Shown here: positions 14,338-28,586 of the stretch, piece after piece | Layout of the letters: each line of letters begins with the position of its first letter | Position numbering within the stretch: the first letter of the stretch is position 1 | From: Balanoglossus misakiensis | Taxonomy: Eukaryota; Animalia; Hemichordata | Assembly (NCBI GenBank): GCA_040954595.2 | Contig: CM082591.2 | Span: 10,991,309 to 11,055,308, forward strand | Reading direction: 5' to 3' | Length of the DNA: 64,000 nt | The notes under the pieces: generated by a model | What the model saw: the letters and a program-made list of their open reading frames with translations, nothing else | What the model was told of the DNA's origin: nothing | The model's database searches: none | Program-made: the position numbers and the translations under genes

Positions 14338-15125
14338 ATCACAGATGCCAAAAACACCACAAGAGTACTTCCAGACACCAGAAAATTATGAAAATTCAAA
14401 AAAGATTTAAACAATACAACCCTTGGTATGGCATGGAAGAGGACAAGCCAGGGTACAGGCCAGGGACAGGACCTGGCAGGGACAGGACAAGACAGGGGAA
14501 AAGGATAAAGGCAAGGGGACACGGTAGGGGAATTGGCAAACACCCAAAATTTATGAGAATTCAAAAATTAATTGAAAAATACAACTCTGGGTAGGGTAGG
14601 GAAGAGGACAAGCCAGGGTACAGGCCAAGAACAGGACCTGGAGGGGGACAGAACAGAACAGGAGACAGGGTAAAGGCCAGGGGACAGGACAGGTCATCAC
14701 AGATGCCAAAATACAACCACAGAGTAGATGTACTTCCAAACACCCAAAATTTATGAAAATTCAAAAATGAATTGAAAAATACAACCCTGGGTAGGGTAGC
14801 TAGGAAGAGGACAAGCCAGGGTACAGGCTATGGACAGGACCAAATGGGGATAGGGGACAGGACAGGGGAAAGGGTACCAGACAGGATGGGGACAGGGTAT
14901 ATTACAGGTCAGCTAGGTACAGGGTAAAGGACAGGGGACATGTCAGGACAGGCCTGGGAACAGGGTAAAGGTCAGAGTACAGGGTACATGACAGGCCAGG
15001 GTACAGGGTAAAGGTCAGGGGACAGGACCTGACAGGGACAGGACAAGGCAGGGAATTCAAAAAAGACAACTGGCAATCACAACGGATGCCACAATACAAC
15101 CGGAGAGTACGCCTAGAAACCAAAA
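14338..15125. repeat. Degenerate purine-rich compound tandem repeat (cagggacagg-type blocks alternating with AT-rich blocks)
   Basis: atcacagatgcc-like block at ~14338, ~14696 and ~15076. gaggacaagccagggtacaggc at ~14439, ~14604 and ~14807. Confidence 0.75.
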
Positions 15126-15253
15126 AAGGTTTGAGCATATGACATGTCTTGTCATTGCTCACCAAGTAAATTATATCATTCATACAAAAAATACATACAT
15201 ACATGCATACCCACACATCACACTTCATAAAATTCTGGTATACACATACCGGG

Positions 15254-15281
15254 TACATACATACATACATACATACATACA

Positions 15282-15312
<31 letters not shown>

Positions 15313-15630
15313 TACAAACATAACCACGTTACATACGTATATACATACATTTGTACCCTAGGGTATACAGTATAATACATACATAACAATAAACAATAGT
15401 ACACACAGACCTGGGTAGGCAGGTACATACATAAGGCAGACATACCGATACATACATGAGCTTGTACATAGAGAAAGAGACACACACACAAGTAAAGGAG
15501 TGAATGAATTGATGAATGAAAAAAATGAATTGATAAATGAAGTGATGAATAAACAAACAAGCAGACAATAAACAAATGAAAGAAAGAATTAATGAATGAA
15601 TGAATGAATGAAGGAATGAATGAATGAATC
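15254..15630. repeat. (TACA)n and (GAAT)n microsatellites
   Basis: Pure tacatacataca run at 15254-15310; degenerate gaatgaat run at 15500-15630. Confidence 0.9.
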
Positions 15631-17284
15631 AGTAATCACATATGACAATATCTCCAACTGTGTATGATATAGTTGATACTTCAATATCAATCACGAAAAC
15701 ATGGCCATCATAAACCTATACTACTTCTACATTGTACTTTCAAAATGTACAATACTAGTTAATTATGCCTAAATCAATTACAATAATGTAACAATAGAAA
15801 TCTAGTCTATGTATAAAGAGAGGGAGAGCCAAGTCAAACAATATGCAATGGTGGTTTAGGCAAGTCAAGCATATGCAAATACAGTTGATCAAAGTCAAAC
15901 ATTAACAATATGCAATGGTGGTTTGCTCTTTATTGGGCATGTTTGCTTTCCTCACGTAACTGGTTGAAGATCTGTACCAATACAGGAATAATGCTGTATT
16001 CTCTTTTTGTATACCATTTAGCTTAGTTATATTAACTGCTATATTAGTGGGTTTATTTACGCGCTGAAAAGCTAAATGGTAATGACCTGAAGGCTGCTGT
16101 ATCCAGTGCATTTCGTGTTAGTTTACGTGCAGCTTAGTTATGCGCAATGGTTATTTTGTCTATAGGATCCAACAGCCTTCAGGCTAGGCTAAACAAATCA
16201 CAGTGATAATTAAGGACTATTGTTGTTAAATACTTTCTTTTTTGCTGGCAAAATTGATGGGTGTTGACATGCCCAAACTTAGGACTATGATCAAAGTGAT
16301 AATTTAGGACTATTCTTGTTAGTAAATTTCCTTTTTCGCTATCAAATTTGAAGAAGTGTTGCCATGCCAAAATATACACATCGCAATTTAATTTGAACCT
16401 GTTCTCCCTCTCCTCTCTGTCTGACACAATTACATACCGAAAAATCACAATATTACATTTTGAATACAGATCATATAACTTAGGGATTTATCAATGTTCT
16501 ATTCTAAGACATGGGAGAAGTTCTGTTCTTGAAATGACGATGAAATAAAACAATGTTGGTTTAAGTCCACGAATATAAAATCATCTTGTCTGAGGAATTT
16601 CCCCTGCATCTGATGCACTGGTCTTTGAATTCACGCATGTATCCTCTTCTTCCCTATAAACAGAAAGATGACATTACTCTTACCTTATATTGATTTGTCA
16701 CAGCAACAAAGAGTCGATAACTCTCACACAGCAGAAACAAAAATGTGCCCATGTCTACTCCATCCCAATAAAGAAATTGATGGCTTCTATGAGTTGCTCC
16801 TCTTTAGCTCTCAGTGTTCCAGCTGAATTGATCTCATCCTTAAACTTACCTTATTGTCAAAACTCTCACATTAATTAAGGTAAAAACACCACTCAAGGAC
16901 TTGGGCAAAAAGTGACGCAGAGGAAAGATAGCTAATTTGGGGCTACTTTTAGAATATTTTCTTATGATAGGTTCTGTACTTTACAGTTTCTTTGCCTACT
17001 TCGAATAGTGAATTATCAAATTATCAATAGACCAGATTGCATCATCCATACTGAAATATGCTGGAGAAAACTGATGATAGAGGTTTAATCATAATAATAA
17101 TGGGATATAAGTATCTATTTTAACACACTCTCAACAGGGACTTTTTTATCTCATTTGAATATCAACTTTGAAAAAAGCATTTATTTTGTGGGCAACAAGA
17201 AGGGAGTCCATATGAAATAATATTTATCAAAGTGTTGTGTGTTTGTAAGTAATTGAAAATTAAGAATTGGAAAACTAGCAAAAA

Positions 17285-20200
17285 ATAATTTTCCACAATG
17301 TAAAGCATTTTGTACCTTTAGAAGGTGAATCTTACTTTCCGAAATGGCATCCAGGCATCTTTGGAGGGCTTGCATTCTCATCCATGGCATCATTGAGGTA
17401 CAGGCATCTCAGCAGGATCTCAGCTGGCGGACATCATCTTCAGTTCTCTGACCTGTGCAATCAATGTAAACTGATACATTTCTATTTTAAAAATTGTGTT
17501 ACGAGATATGAAAATAAGTTTACTTCTGCATTTATTTATTAGACATAGCAATAATTGGTAAAACCTCGAATCAAATGATTCACTCATGGATTGCATACAT
17601 TACCTGTAAGGCTGCATTCACAAACACCTCTGGAGGGGGGGCAGGAGAATTGAGGGGGGGGATTTGAAAAAATTGAGGGTATATAAGGGGGGGAATTTGA
17701 AATAATTTAGGGACTGAAAGGGGGGGACTTGAAAACTTTGACGACTAAATATTTATTTTGAGTCCACAAAAATGCAGATTCGCGCCCTTTATTTTACAAA
17801 ATTTTCTAATGTGGGAGGGGGACACCCCTCCCACACCCACCCCCTCCATTCATCAACACCTTTCAATCATTGACTGGTTTATCTAGTGTCCCAGGTCAGG
17901 GGACTTGCCCCCACCCCATGATAACTTTGAACGCCGACGGTTAAATTTGTCCTCCCTAACATACCGGTAGTTGAGTTAATTTGCTTTTGCCGGGTTCATT
18001 AAAATGCAGCTTTGAGCTCTGTATTTTATAAAATTTTCTTACCCACCCCCTTCAATTCTCGGTTTACAATGTCTCCCAACACAGAATACACATTCTTAAA
18101 AATTAAAAACAATGTTCAGTTTTAATACCCACTGATGAGAGGAAACATCAATTTCAAATTATTTTCATGGGAGCGCTGTTTTTCTTTTTTACAAGATATT
18201 AGATAGATAGGTGATGTGTTTTGCTGTGTGAAAGAAAATGGGGGGGGGGGATTTCAAATTTTTAGCAGTTCGGAAGGGGGGTATTTGAAAATATTTCGGG
18301 TTGTGTAGGGGGGCATGTGAAAATTAACGGTAAAAAAAATTGAATTCTCCCGCCCCCCCCCTCCAGAGGTGTTTGTGAATGCAGCCTAAGCTTTCCATTT
18401 CATTGGCTATATTGGATCTCCATGTCTTTATTTTTACATTTCAAACAGAAACATAGCCATGTTCCACAATAGTTTTCCACAATATAATGCATGTTATACC
18501 TTGAGAAGGTGAATCTTACTTTCTGAAATGGCATCCAGGCATCTTTGAAGGGCTTGCATTCTCATCCATGGCACCATTGAAGCATAGAGGCATCTCAGCA
18601 GGATCTCAGCAGTAGGACATCAACTTCAGTTCCTTGACCTGTGCAATCAATGAAAACTGATACAATGCCATTTTAATTATTGTTTTACGAGACATGTAAA
18701 TAAGTTTACTTCTGCTTTATATTCCTCAGGCATAGCAATGATTATGATTGGCAAAACCAGGAATAGAGTTTTTCACTTATTGATTGCATCCAATATCTGT
18801 AAGCTTTCCATTTCATTGCCTGTATTTTATCTCAATGTTTTTATTTCACTCATTTCGTACAGAAACAAAGCCATGTTTTGAAATAGTTTTCCACAATATA
18901 AGGCATTCTCTACCTTTAGAAGGTGCATCTTACTTTCTGAAATGGCATCCAGGCACCTGTTATGGGCTTGCATTCTCATCCATGGCACAAGCATCTCAGC
19001 AGGATCTCAGTTGGTGGACATCATCTTCAGTTCCTTGTCCTCTTCAATCAATAAAAAATAATACATTTCTATTTTTAATGATGTGTTACGAGACATGTTA
19101 ATAACTTTACTTCTGCATTTATTCATTAGACGTGGCAATTGTAATTGGTACAACTGCATTTATTCATTAGACGTGGCAATTGTAATTGGTACAACTGCAT
19201 TTATTCATTAGACGTGGCAATTGTAATTGGTACAACTGCATTTATTCATTACACATGGCAATTGTAATTGGTACAACCAAGAATGGAATGCTCCAAGCTT
19301 TCTATTTCAGTGCCTGTATTGGATCTCAATGTCTCTATTTCAACGCATTTTCTACAGAAAAATAGCCATGTTTATAAAATGTAATACATTCTCTACCTTT
19401 AGAAGGTGCATCTTACTTTCTGAAATGGCATCCAAGCATCTGTGGAGGGCTTGCATTCTCATCCATGGCATCATTGAAGCACAGGCATTTCAGCAGGATC
19501 TCAGCAGTTGAACATCATCTTCAGTTCTCTGACCTGTGCAATCAATGTAAACTGATACATTTCTATTTTAAAAATTGTGTTACGAGATATGAAAATAAGT
19601 TTACTTCTGCATTTATTTATTAGACATAGCAATAATTGGTAAAACCTCGAATCAAATGATTCACTCATGGATTGCATACATTACCTGTAAGCTTTCCATT
19701 TCATTGGCTATATTGGATCTCCATGTCTTTATTTGCTTACATTTCAAACAGAAACATAGCCATGTTCCACAATAGTTTTCCACAATATAATGCATGTTAT
19801 ACCTTGAGAAGGTGAGTCTTACTTTCTGAAATGGCATCCAGGCATCTTTGGAGGGCTTGCATTCTCATCCATGGCACCATTGAAGCATAAAGGCATCTCA
19901 GCAGGATCTCAGCAGTAGGACATCAACTTCAGTTCCTTGACCTGTGCAATCAATGAAAACTGATACAATGCCATTTTAATTATTGTTTTACGAGACATGT
20001 AAATAAGTTTACTTCTGCATTATATTCCTCAGGCATAGCAATGATTATGATTGGCAAAACCAGGAATAGAGTTGTTCACTTATTGATTGCATCCAATATC
20101 TGTAAGCTTTCCATTTCATTGCCTGTATTTTATCTCAATGTTTTTATTTCACTCATTTCGTACAGAAACAAAGCCATGTTTTGAAATAGTTTTCCACAAT

Positions 20201-23200
20201 ATAAGGCATTCTCTACCTTTAGAAGGTGCATCTTACTTTCTGAAATGGCATCCAGGCACCTGTTATGGGCTTGCATTCTCATCCATGGCACAAGCATCTC
20301 AGCAGGATCTCAGTTGGTGGACATCATCTTCAGTTCCTTGTCCTCTTCAATCAATAAAAAATAATACATTTCTATTTTTAATGATGTGTTACGAGACATG
20401 TTAATAACTTTACTTCTGCATTTATTCATTAGACGTGGCAATTGTAATTGGTACAACTGCATTTATTCATTAGACGTGGCAATTGTAATTGGTACAACTG
20501 CATTTATTCATTAGACATGGCAATTGTAATTGGTACAACCAAGAATGGAATGCTCCAAGCTTTCTATTTCAGTGCCTGTATTGGATCTCAATGTCTCTAT
20601 TTCAACGCATTTTCTACAGAAAAATAGCCATGTTTATAAAATGTAATACATTCTCTACCTTTAGAAGGTGCATCTTACTTTCTGAAATGGCATCCAAGCA
20701 TCTGTGGAGGGCTTGCATTCTCATCCATGGCATCATTGAAGCACAGGCATTTCAGCAGGATCTCAGCAGTTGAACATCATCTTCAGTTCTCTGACCTGTG
20801 CAATCAATGTAAACTGATACATTTCTATTTTAAAAATTGTGTTACGAGATATGAAAATAAGTTTACTTCTGCATTTATTTATTAGACATAGCAATAATTG
20901 GTAAAACCTCGAATCAAATGATTCACTCATGGATTGCATACATTACCTGTAAGCTTTCCATTTCATTGGCTATATTGGATCTCCATGTCTTTATTTGCTT
21001 ACATTTCAAACAGAAACATAGCCATGTTCCACAATAGTTTTCCACAATATAATGCATGTTATACCTTGAGAAGGTGAATCTTACTTTCTGAAATGGCATC
21101 CAGGCATCTTTGGAGGGCTTGCATTCTCATCCATGGCACCATTGAAGCATAGAGGCATCTCAGCAGGATCTCAGCAGTAGGACATCAACTTCAGTTCCTT
21201 GACCTGTGCAATCAATGAAAACTGATACAATGCCATTTTAATTATTGTTTTACGAGACATGTAAATAAGTTTACTTCTGCATTATATTCCTCAGGCATAG
21301 CAATGATTATGATTGGCAAAACCAGGAATAGAGTTGTTCACTTATTGATTGCATCCAATATCTGTAAGCTTTCCATTTCATTGCCTGTATTTTATCTCAA
21401 TGTTTTTATTTCACTCATTTCGTACAGAAACAAAGCCATGTTTTGAAATAGTTTTCCACAATATAAGGCATTCTCTACCTTTAGAAGGTGCATCTTACTT
21501 TCTGAAATGGCATCCAGGCACCTGTTATGGGCTTGCATTCTCATCCATGGCACAAGCATCTCAGCAGGATCTCAGTTGGTGGACATCATTTTCAGTTCCT
21601 TGTCCTCTGCAATCAATGAAAACTAATACATTTCTATTTTAATTACTGTTTTACGACACATTTAAATAACTTTACTTCTGAATGTATTCATTGGACATGG
21701 CCATAATAATTGGTACAATCAAGAATTGAATGCTTCACACTAATAGATAACATCCAATACCTGTAAGCTTTAAATTTCATTGGCTGTTTTGGATTTCAAT
21801 GTTTTCATTTGCATACATTTTGTACAGAAACATAGCCATAAACCTGCATCTTACTTTCTAAAATGACATCTAGACATCTGTAGTGGACTTGCATTCTCAT
21901 CCATGGCACAAGCATCTCAGCAGGATCTCAGTTGGTGGACATCATCTTCAGTTCCTTGTCCTCTTCAATCAATAAAAAATAATACATTTCTATTTTTAAT
22001 GATGTGTTACGAGACATGTTAATAACTTTACTTCTGCATTTATTCATTAGACGTGGCAATTGTAATTGGTACAACTGCATTTATTCATTAGACGTGGCAA
22101 TTGTAATTGGTACAACTGCATTTATTCATTAGACGTGGCAATTGTAATTGGTACAACTGCATTTATTCATTAGACATGGCAATTGTAATTGGTACAACCA
22201 AGAATGGAATGCTCCAAGCTTTCTATTTCAGTGCCTGTATTGGATCTCAATGTCTCTATTTCAACGCATTTTCTACAGAAAAATAGCCATGTTTATAAAA
22301 TGTAATACATTCTCTACCTTTAGAAGGTGCATCTTACTTTCTGAAATGGCATCCAAGCATCTGTGGAGGGCTTGCATTCTCATCCATGGCATCATTGAAG
22401 CACAGGCATTTCAGCAGGATCTCAGCAGTTGAACATCATCTTCAGTTCTCTGACCTGTGCAATCAATGTAAACTGATACATTTCTATTTTAAAAATTGTG
22501 TTACGAGATATGAAAATAAGTTTACTTCTGCATTTATTTATTAGACATAGCAATAATTGGTAAAACCTCGAATCAAATGATTCACTCATGGATTGCATAC
22601 ATTACCTGTAAGCTTTCCATTTCATTGGCTATATTGGATCTCCATGTCTTTATTTGCTTACATTTCAAACAGAAACATAGCCATGTTCCACAATAGTTTT
22701 CCACAATATAATGCATGTTATACCTTGAGAAGGTGAATCTTACTTTCTGAAATGGCATCCAGGCATCTTTGGAGGGCTTGCATTCTCATCCATGACACCA
22801 TTGAAGCATAGAGGCATCTCAGCAGGATCTCAGCAGTAGGACATCAACTTCAGTTCCTTGACCTGTGCAATCAATGAAAACTGATACAATGCCATTTTAA
22901 TTATTGTTTTACGAGACATGTAAATAAGTTTACTTCTGCATTATATTCCTCAGGCATAGCAATGATTATGATTGGCAAAACCAGGAATAGAGTTGTTCAC
23001 TTATTGATTGCATCCAATATCTGTAAGCTTTCCATTTCATTGCCTGTATTTTATCTCAATGTTTTTATTTCCACTCATTTCGTACAGAAACAAAGCCATG
23101 TTTTGAAATAGTTTTCCACAATATAAGGCATTCTCTACCTTTAGAAGGTGCATCTTACTTTCTGAAATGGCATCCAGGCACCTGTTATGGGCTTGCATTC

Positions 23201-24075
23201 TCATCCATGGCACAAGCATCTCAGCAGGATCTCAGCTGGTGGACATCATTTTCAGTTCCTTGTCCTCTGCAATCAATGAAAACTAATACATTTCTATTTT
23301 AATTACTGTTTTACGACACATTTAAATAACTTTACTTCTGAATGTATTCATTGGACATGGCCATCATAATTGGTACAATCAAGAATTGAATGCTTCACAC
23401 TAATAGATAACATCCAATACCTGTAAGCTTTAAATTTCATTGGCTGTTTTGGATTTCAATGTTTTCAATTGCATACATTTTGTACAGAAACATAGCCATA
23501 AACCTGCATCTTACTTTCTAAAATGACATCTAGACATCTGTAGTGGACTTGCATTCTCATCCATGGCATCATTTAGGTACAGGCATCTCTGCAGGATCTC
23601 AGCTGGTGGACATCATCTTTAGTTCTCTGACCTGTGCAATCAATGAAAACTAATACCGGTACATTTCTATAATAATTACTGTTTTATGAGATGTATAAAT
23701 AAGTTTACTTCTGCATTATATTCCTTAGACATAGCAATGATTGGCACAACCAAGAATCGAATGCTTCACTCATAGATTGCAGCAAAAATCTGTACGCTTT
23801 CTATTTCATTGGCTGTATTAGATCTCAATGTCTTTATTTGAATACATTTTGCACAGAAACATAGCCATGTTTTGAAATAGTGTTCCACAATATAATGCAT
23901 TTTGTACCTTTAGAAGGTGAATCTTACTTTCTGAAATGCCATCCAGGCATCTGTGGAGGGCTTGCATTCTCATCCATGGCATCATTGAGGTACAGGCATC
24001 TCAGCAGGATCTCAGCTGGCGGACATCATCTTCAGTTCCTTCCCCTGTGCAATCAATGAAAATAATACACTTCTA
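17285..24075 (-). repeat. ~420-bp tandem repeat (15 units, ~1.26-1.30-kb trimeric higher-order repeat), each unit with an exon-like cassette on the minus strand
   Basis: cttactttc (minus-strand donor gtaag) at ~17331, 18515, 18929, 19412, 19818, 20232, 20674, 21080, 21494, 21850, 22333, 22739, 23154, 23510 and 23923. Trimer periods of 1303 and 1262 bp differ by one copy of an internal 41-bp minisatellite. Confidence 0.93.
17610..18386. mobile_element. 777-bp non-autonomous PIF/Harbinger-type MITE
   Basis: TIRs ggctgcattcacaaacacctctggagggggg at both ends. TAA duplicated at 17607-17609 and 18387-18389. Sister repeat units show the empty site tacctgTAAgctttcc (e.g. ~19682). Confidence 0.9.
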
Positions 24076-25311
24076 CACTACTGGAAGAATGTAACAGTGC
24101 GCCCTCGCGCGAGGAAATCTGGAGCAAATCGCGACATCTCCTCGAGGACATCGAGTGGGCGTGTATGGTTACACGCGTGAAACTCCAAAGCGCTCGCGAG
24201 AACAAATGTTCAACACGGGAGGGCTGATGCACGGCACTCGCGATTGAGTATGCTCGAAAGATAGAACAAAACCTTGACATGCTGGGCCTCAGGTGCGGGT
24301 TTCTTTTTCGCCCTTACGTTGGAACATTGAGCAATTTTACGTCCATAGACATAATAGGAAGTAGCAAAGTACGCGGAGTTCTGTTCTTGTGTTTGTACTG
24401 CGTTTGCTATGTCCGTCTACTCGAACTACCTCCTACCCCCATGACTCAACACACCATACAACGAACGGTTACTTCGGTACAGTAAATGGAAGTTGTTAAT
24501 GAGAAAAATATAAAAACGAACGTGTGACTTTTTAAGATTCTGTGTTATTTTATGTTGAGGTTTTTTCTTGTGAAACATCAACGTTTGCGACAACGCTAAA
24601 GAAGCGCAAAATTCCCCGGCGGGGGTGAGTGCAATAAATTGATTTTCTTCGGTCGTGTTAACAGCATTGCGCGATCATGAACAGTGAGCACAATGGCTGA
24701 GACGCGGGCGTCACGCATGGAACAATAAAGTGTTTGGGATAAATAATAAACTCAGCGAACACACAATATAATATTTCGTGGTTTTTTTTGGTGGTAATGA
24801 GAACTGCACTGACGAACGGCCTACCGGCTTCTCCGTCACGTTTTCATCATGAGAATAACCCCCTTTCCACTGACCAAATGCATGATGCATGCTGCAAATA
24901 TGTGAACGAACGCACTAGCGCGGAACGCGGAAGTGCTTCGGGTGTATCATTTCGTGTCGTGCAGAAAACTGGCATGTTTTTATACGTCCGGTAGAAATTG
25001 GGAGCACAAGCAAAGCAGAACTCAATAAGTAACAGCTTAACAATCCAAATACCAACAGGTCACAGACGTAACGGCCTCCTGCGTGGGCCTTCACAATAAC
25101 ACGGTCTCTCGATGTGATAGGGGGCGTGGTTATATCCTACCAGACAAAAGTAATGGGACTTATGTCGCGGGAATCACTAGTGATTTCAAGGTGTCAATTC
25201 ACAGCAAACATAGCGGGATTCACGAGTGTTTATGGATACACGCGGAACGTGAAATTAATTTTACATACGGCAGGATGCGATCTGTTATGGGTTGTATTCA
25301 AAACTGGTAAA

Positions 25312-25751
25312 GTTTGTGAAGTCAGTGTGACGAATTGACCGTTTTATGTTGATTTTCGTGTTTGTGAAGTCAGTGTGGAGAATTGACCGTTTTATGTTGT
25401 TGCTTCGAATTTGCGAAGTCAATGTGAAGAATTGGCCGTTTTATGTTGATTTTCGTGTTTGTGAAGTCAGTGTGGAGAATTGACCGTTTTATGTTGTTGC
25501 TTCGAATTTGCGAAGTCAATGTGAAGAATTGGCCGTTTTATGTTGATTTTCGTGTTTGTGAAGTCAGTGTGGAGAATTGACCGTTTTATGTTGATTTTCG
25601 TGTTTGTGAAGTCAGTGTGAAGAATTGACCTTTTATGATGTTGCTATGAATTTGCGAAGTCAGTGTGAAGAATTGGCCGTTTTATGGCCGTTTTATGTTG
25701 AACTTCGATTTCGTGTTTGCGAAGTCAATGTAGAGAATTGATCGTTTTATG
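25312..25751. repeat. 48/49-bp tandem repeat, ~9 copies, near the left end of the giant element
   Basis: Unit gtttgtgaagtcagtgtggagaattgaccgttttatgttgattttcgt alternates with a 49-bp variant, forming 97-bp dimers. Confidence 0.9.
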
Positions 25752-28586
25752 CGGCTAGTTAGACTTTGCGAAACAACGTAACTGCGAAACAACGAAACAT
25801 GACGATACCATTATTAAAATAGGGGCCAGTCATCAAGACGGTGGCGTATTATTTTTTTTAATAAGTTTCCAAATTAAAACGTATGCGAGCCAAGAAAACT
25901 ACAGGTCAGATAAATTGTTTCCTCGGAAATTCAACATTAGAATCAAATTTGGCGTTGGAAACAAACGGCGTGTCGCCAATTCCTGGTCCGGGGACTGGTA
26001 CTAGTGGTAGAGTCGTGTGATGCTACGTGTTTCGGTAAACGTCGAAACACAACGTTTTTTTAAGTTATCGACAGAGTTATATTATTCATTGTGAAAATCG
26101 GCAATGAGAAATGTCGAAACATTGTTAGTGTTTATCTTGTAAGATTATCATATAAATGTCTCAACATGACTTTTTATTGGTAATGTACCGCTATGCTCCA
26201 AACCTCTCTAAAATGAATCGGGAGGAACTTTAAATTACGTGGTTAGTGGATAGATACCTGTACGCAGGGCTAGTGGCAAATCCTCCGTGACGACAGTTGA
26301 CTGTGCACTTCCACAAAAACAACTGCGTCAAATCTCCATCAACTTTTCTGGTATTTTAGCAAGAGAGTTGGATACATTGTCGGCTCATCTGATGAATGCA
26401 AATCATTAGGCAGTGTAAACAACAACAATGTGTCATTTCTTGCTGTTTTTGTCGATGTTGCAGATAACTGTAAAATAAACACCATAATCGTGGAAAACAC
26501 GACCTAGGTCGCCCAACGTCACTACCGTCTTATATACAGGCAAGGGTGGAATCGACATGCCCTGATCTAGGCTCACGGGCCACCTTCAAGGCCCTGAAAA
26601 ATCACCCCATTCACGAGCGAGCGATTAAATTATGCCACCATAGGCACTGAAATTTATCTCACTGACCTAATTTGGGTTTCACTTGTTCTATCGAACAAGT
26701 GGAAAACGTCGATTTCCAAGTCGTACCCAGTCAAATTCAATCACATTTGAACTTCGCGACCGATGTTGCTGGCTATGTTAATACTGCATATTTAAATTGA
26801 CCAATCGGGCGCCCTGTAATGGCTGCCTCGGCCACCCGATTGTTTACTGCTCAACTCGTACGAGTACGTGTAACTGCGTTCAAAATAACGCGAAAAAAGA
26901 AGCAAAACCTTATGAGTCATACAGATAAACGGATACTTCCCACCTCTTTGTCAGAAAAATCTGCCGTTTTACGTCAGAACGTACACTTCCTGGTATTTAA
27001 TCAAGTAGCTGTGTTTTGTTAATTCAGTTCAGTGCATCTAGTACAGAGGAACTGTGTTTAAAAATAAGTATTGGTCAAAACCAGTGGCCGAATTAATAAT
27101 GAATAAAAAGTTTGATCACCATTGAATACTCAAGCTTGCGTAAAACGCGGACGAGATGACGCATGTTTTTGTAAAAGAAAACCTAAACATGAACTTTAAA
27201 TACCATTTTACGGCACACGTGTTATACAACAGTACCGTACACTCCCCACATTACATGTAGTCACCAGAGGGTCCACTCCACGTCGCAAAACGCTGGTTGT
27301 TTTGCGACCTTTTACGACGTCCACCGCAAGTACGTGGAATCACTCTCACCGCTTGCAGTCACTAAACGCCGTCAACCATGTGCATGATACGTTTGTTTTA
27401 ACATCAGACACAGCAACAGAAGTTGTTGCAGAAACTTAACTTTCTTAACAGAAAGCATAGCTAATGCAGTCAGTCAATAACAGAGTCGCAATCGACCTGT
27501 TCTAATAGTGTACCCCGCCGATGCTAGCGTACATGCAGTCTTTCATTTTAAGGCCTATCGATCTCTGTAGAAGTCCCTCAAGCTGGCAAGAGACTGTGGT
27601 CAACGAATCAAGGAGCGCATTGCTATAATCATGTCCGGAATAATTCATCGTCAATAATCCACTCATTAACTACATGTAATCCTGTCGGCAAACTGACTTC
27701 ATTTACACTTCGCCACGAATTTACCTATAGGTGGCTCGAGAGATTCGAAACCAAGAACCACGGGATGGGAATGCATTCTACATTGGCTTGGCTTGGGTGT
27801 CCCTTTAACCACTGTGACTTTAGTAAAATATTAACGTGAAGACTGGACAGGAACAGAAACTAGCGGTACGGTATCCCGACACTCTAACAATGCCTGCACA
27901 AAACACTTTTACGGCATATCGGTAAGAATGAGTACGGTAAAATTTACTACCCCTGTTATCGTCCAGCGATTGCATCGCTGAGGAATAAATTAGCACGTTT
28001 AAATTTGAACATGATAAGTCGCAATTTAATTGAAGTACAATTTCAATGCCGGTCGTAATACGAGTCAAACTTGCTTCCGGGTCAATTAGTGCAGTGTTTT
28101 ACAGTATGTACCCCCATCAAAATTCCAATGGGAGGTATTTTCTCACAATATACAAAGCTTTCTATTGCCAGGATCAGATTGTCTTTTTTTATTTACACTT
28201 TTTTGAGGATGGTTCCCCGCAAAATAAAATAATGCAAATGTCACCAGAATTGAAATTGTATACCAAAGCAATGGACTAACAGTTTTAGAGAAAGACAATT
28301 GCGAATGTTGACAAATGGATGCTGGACAAACAGGTAATTTGATAAGCTTCACATAGCTGGCAGCAGAACTGAAAAGGTCAAAAATTGTGACTTAGTTGTA
28401 CCATTAATCAATGTAGATAGAATACTAAGTTTGCAAAAGCTATTGAATTTTAAAGATTCAGGTAGGCAAAGTTCAAGGTTTCATTAAAAATATTTATTTT
28501 AACAAAAAACAGTGAAGTAAATTTTAAAAACAAAAAAAAATACAAAAAACATTAAACTGAAATGCAAATCAAATCTGTGTGTCTTC

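Noticed and set aside
13592-15575. ORFs in the 136-bp, purine-rich and microsatellite repeats
   Set aside because: Repeat-derived, frames shift between units, and there are no recognisable domains.
17336-17452. 117-nt cassette read as a selenoprotein exon (TGC-TGA, Cys-Sec)
   Set aside because: Sister cassettes are 105 or 119 nt (the latter frameshifting), and no SECIS was identified.
24076-24080. Firm classification as CACTA/EnSpm from the CACTA terminus
   Set aside because: No CACTA-type transposase is visible, the TSD is TA, and the only transposase inside is Tc1-type. Kept only as an alternative hypothesis.
25059-25310. Open exon-like segment before the 48-bp array
   Set aside because: Weak splice context, no partner exons and no recognisable protein similarity.
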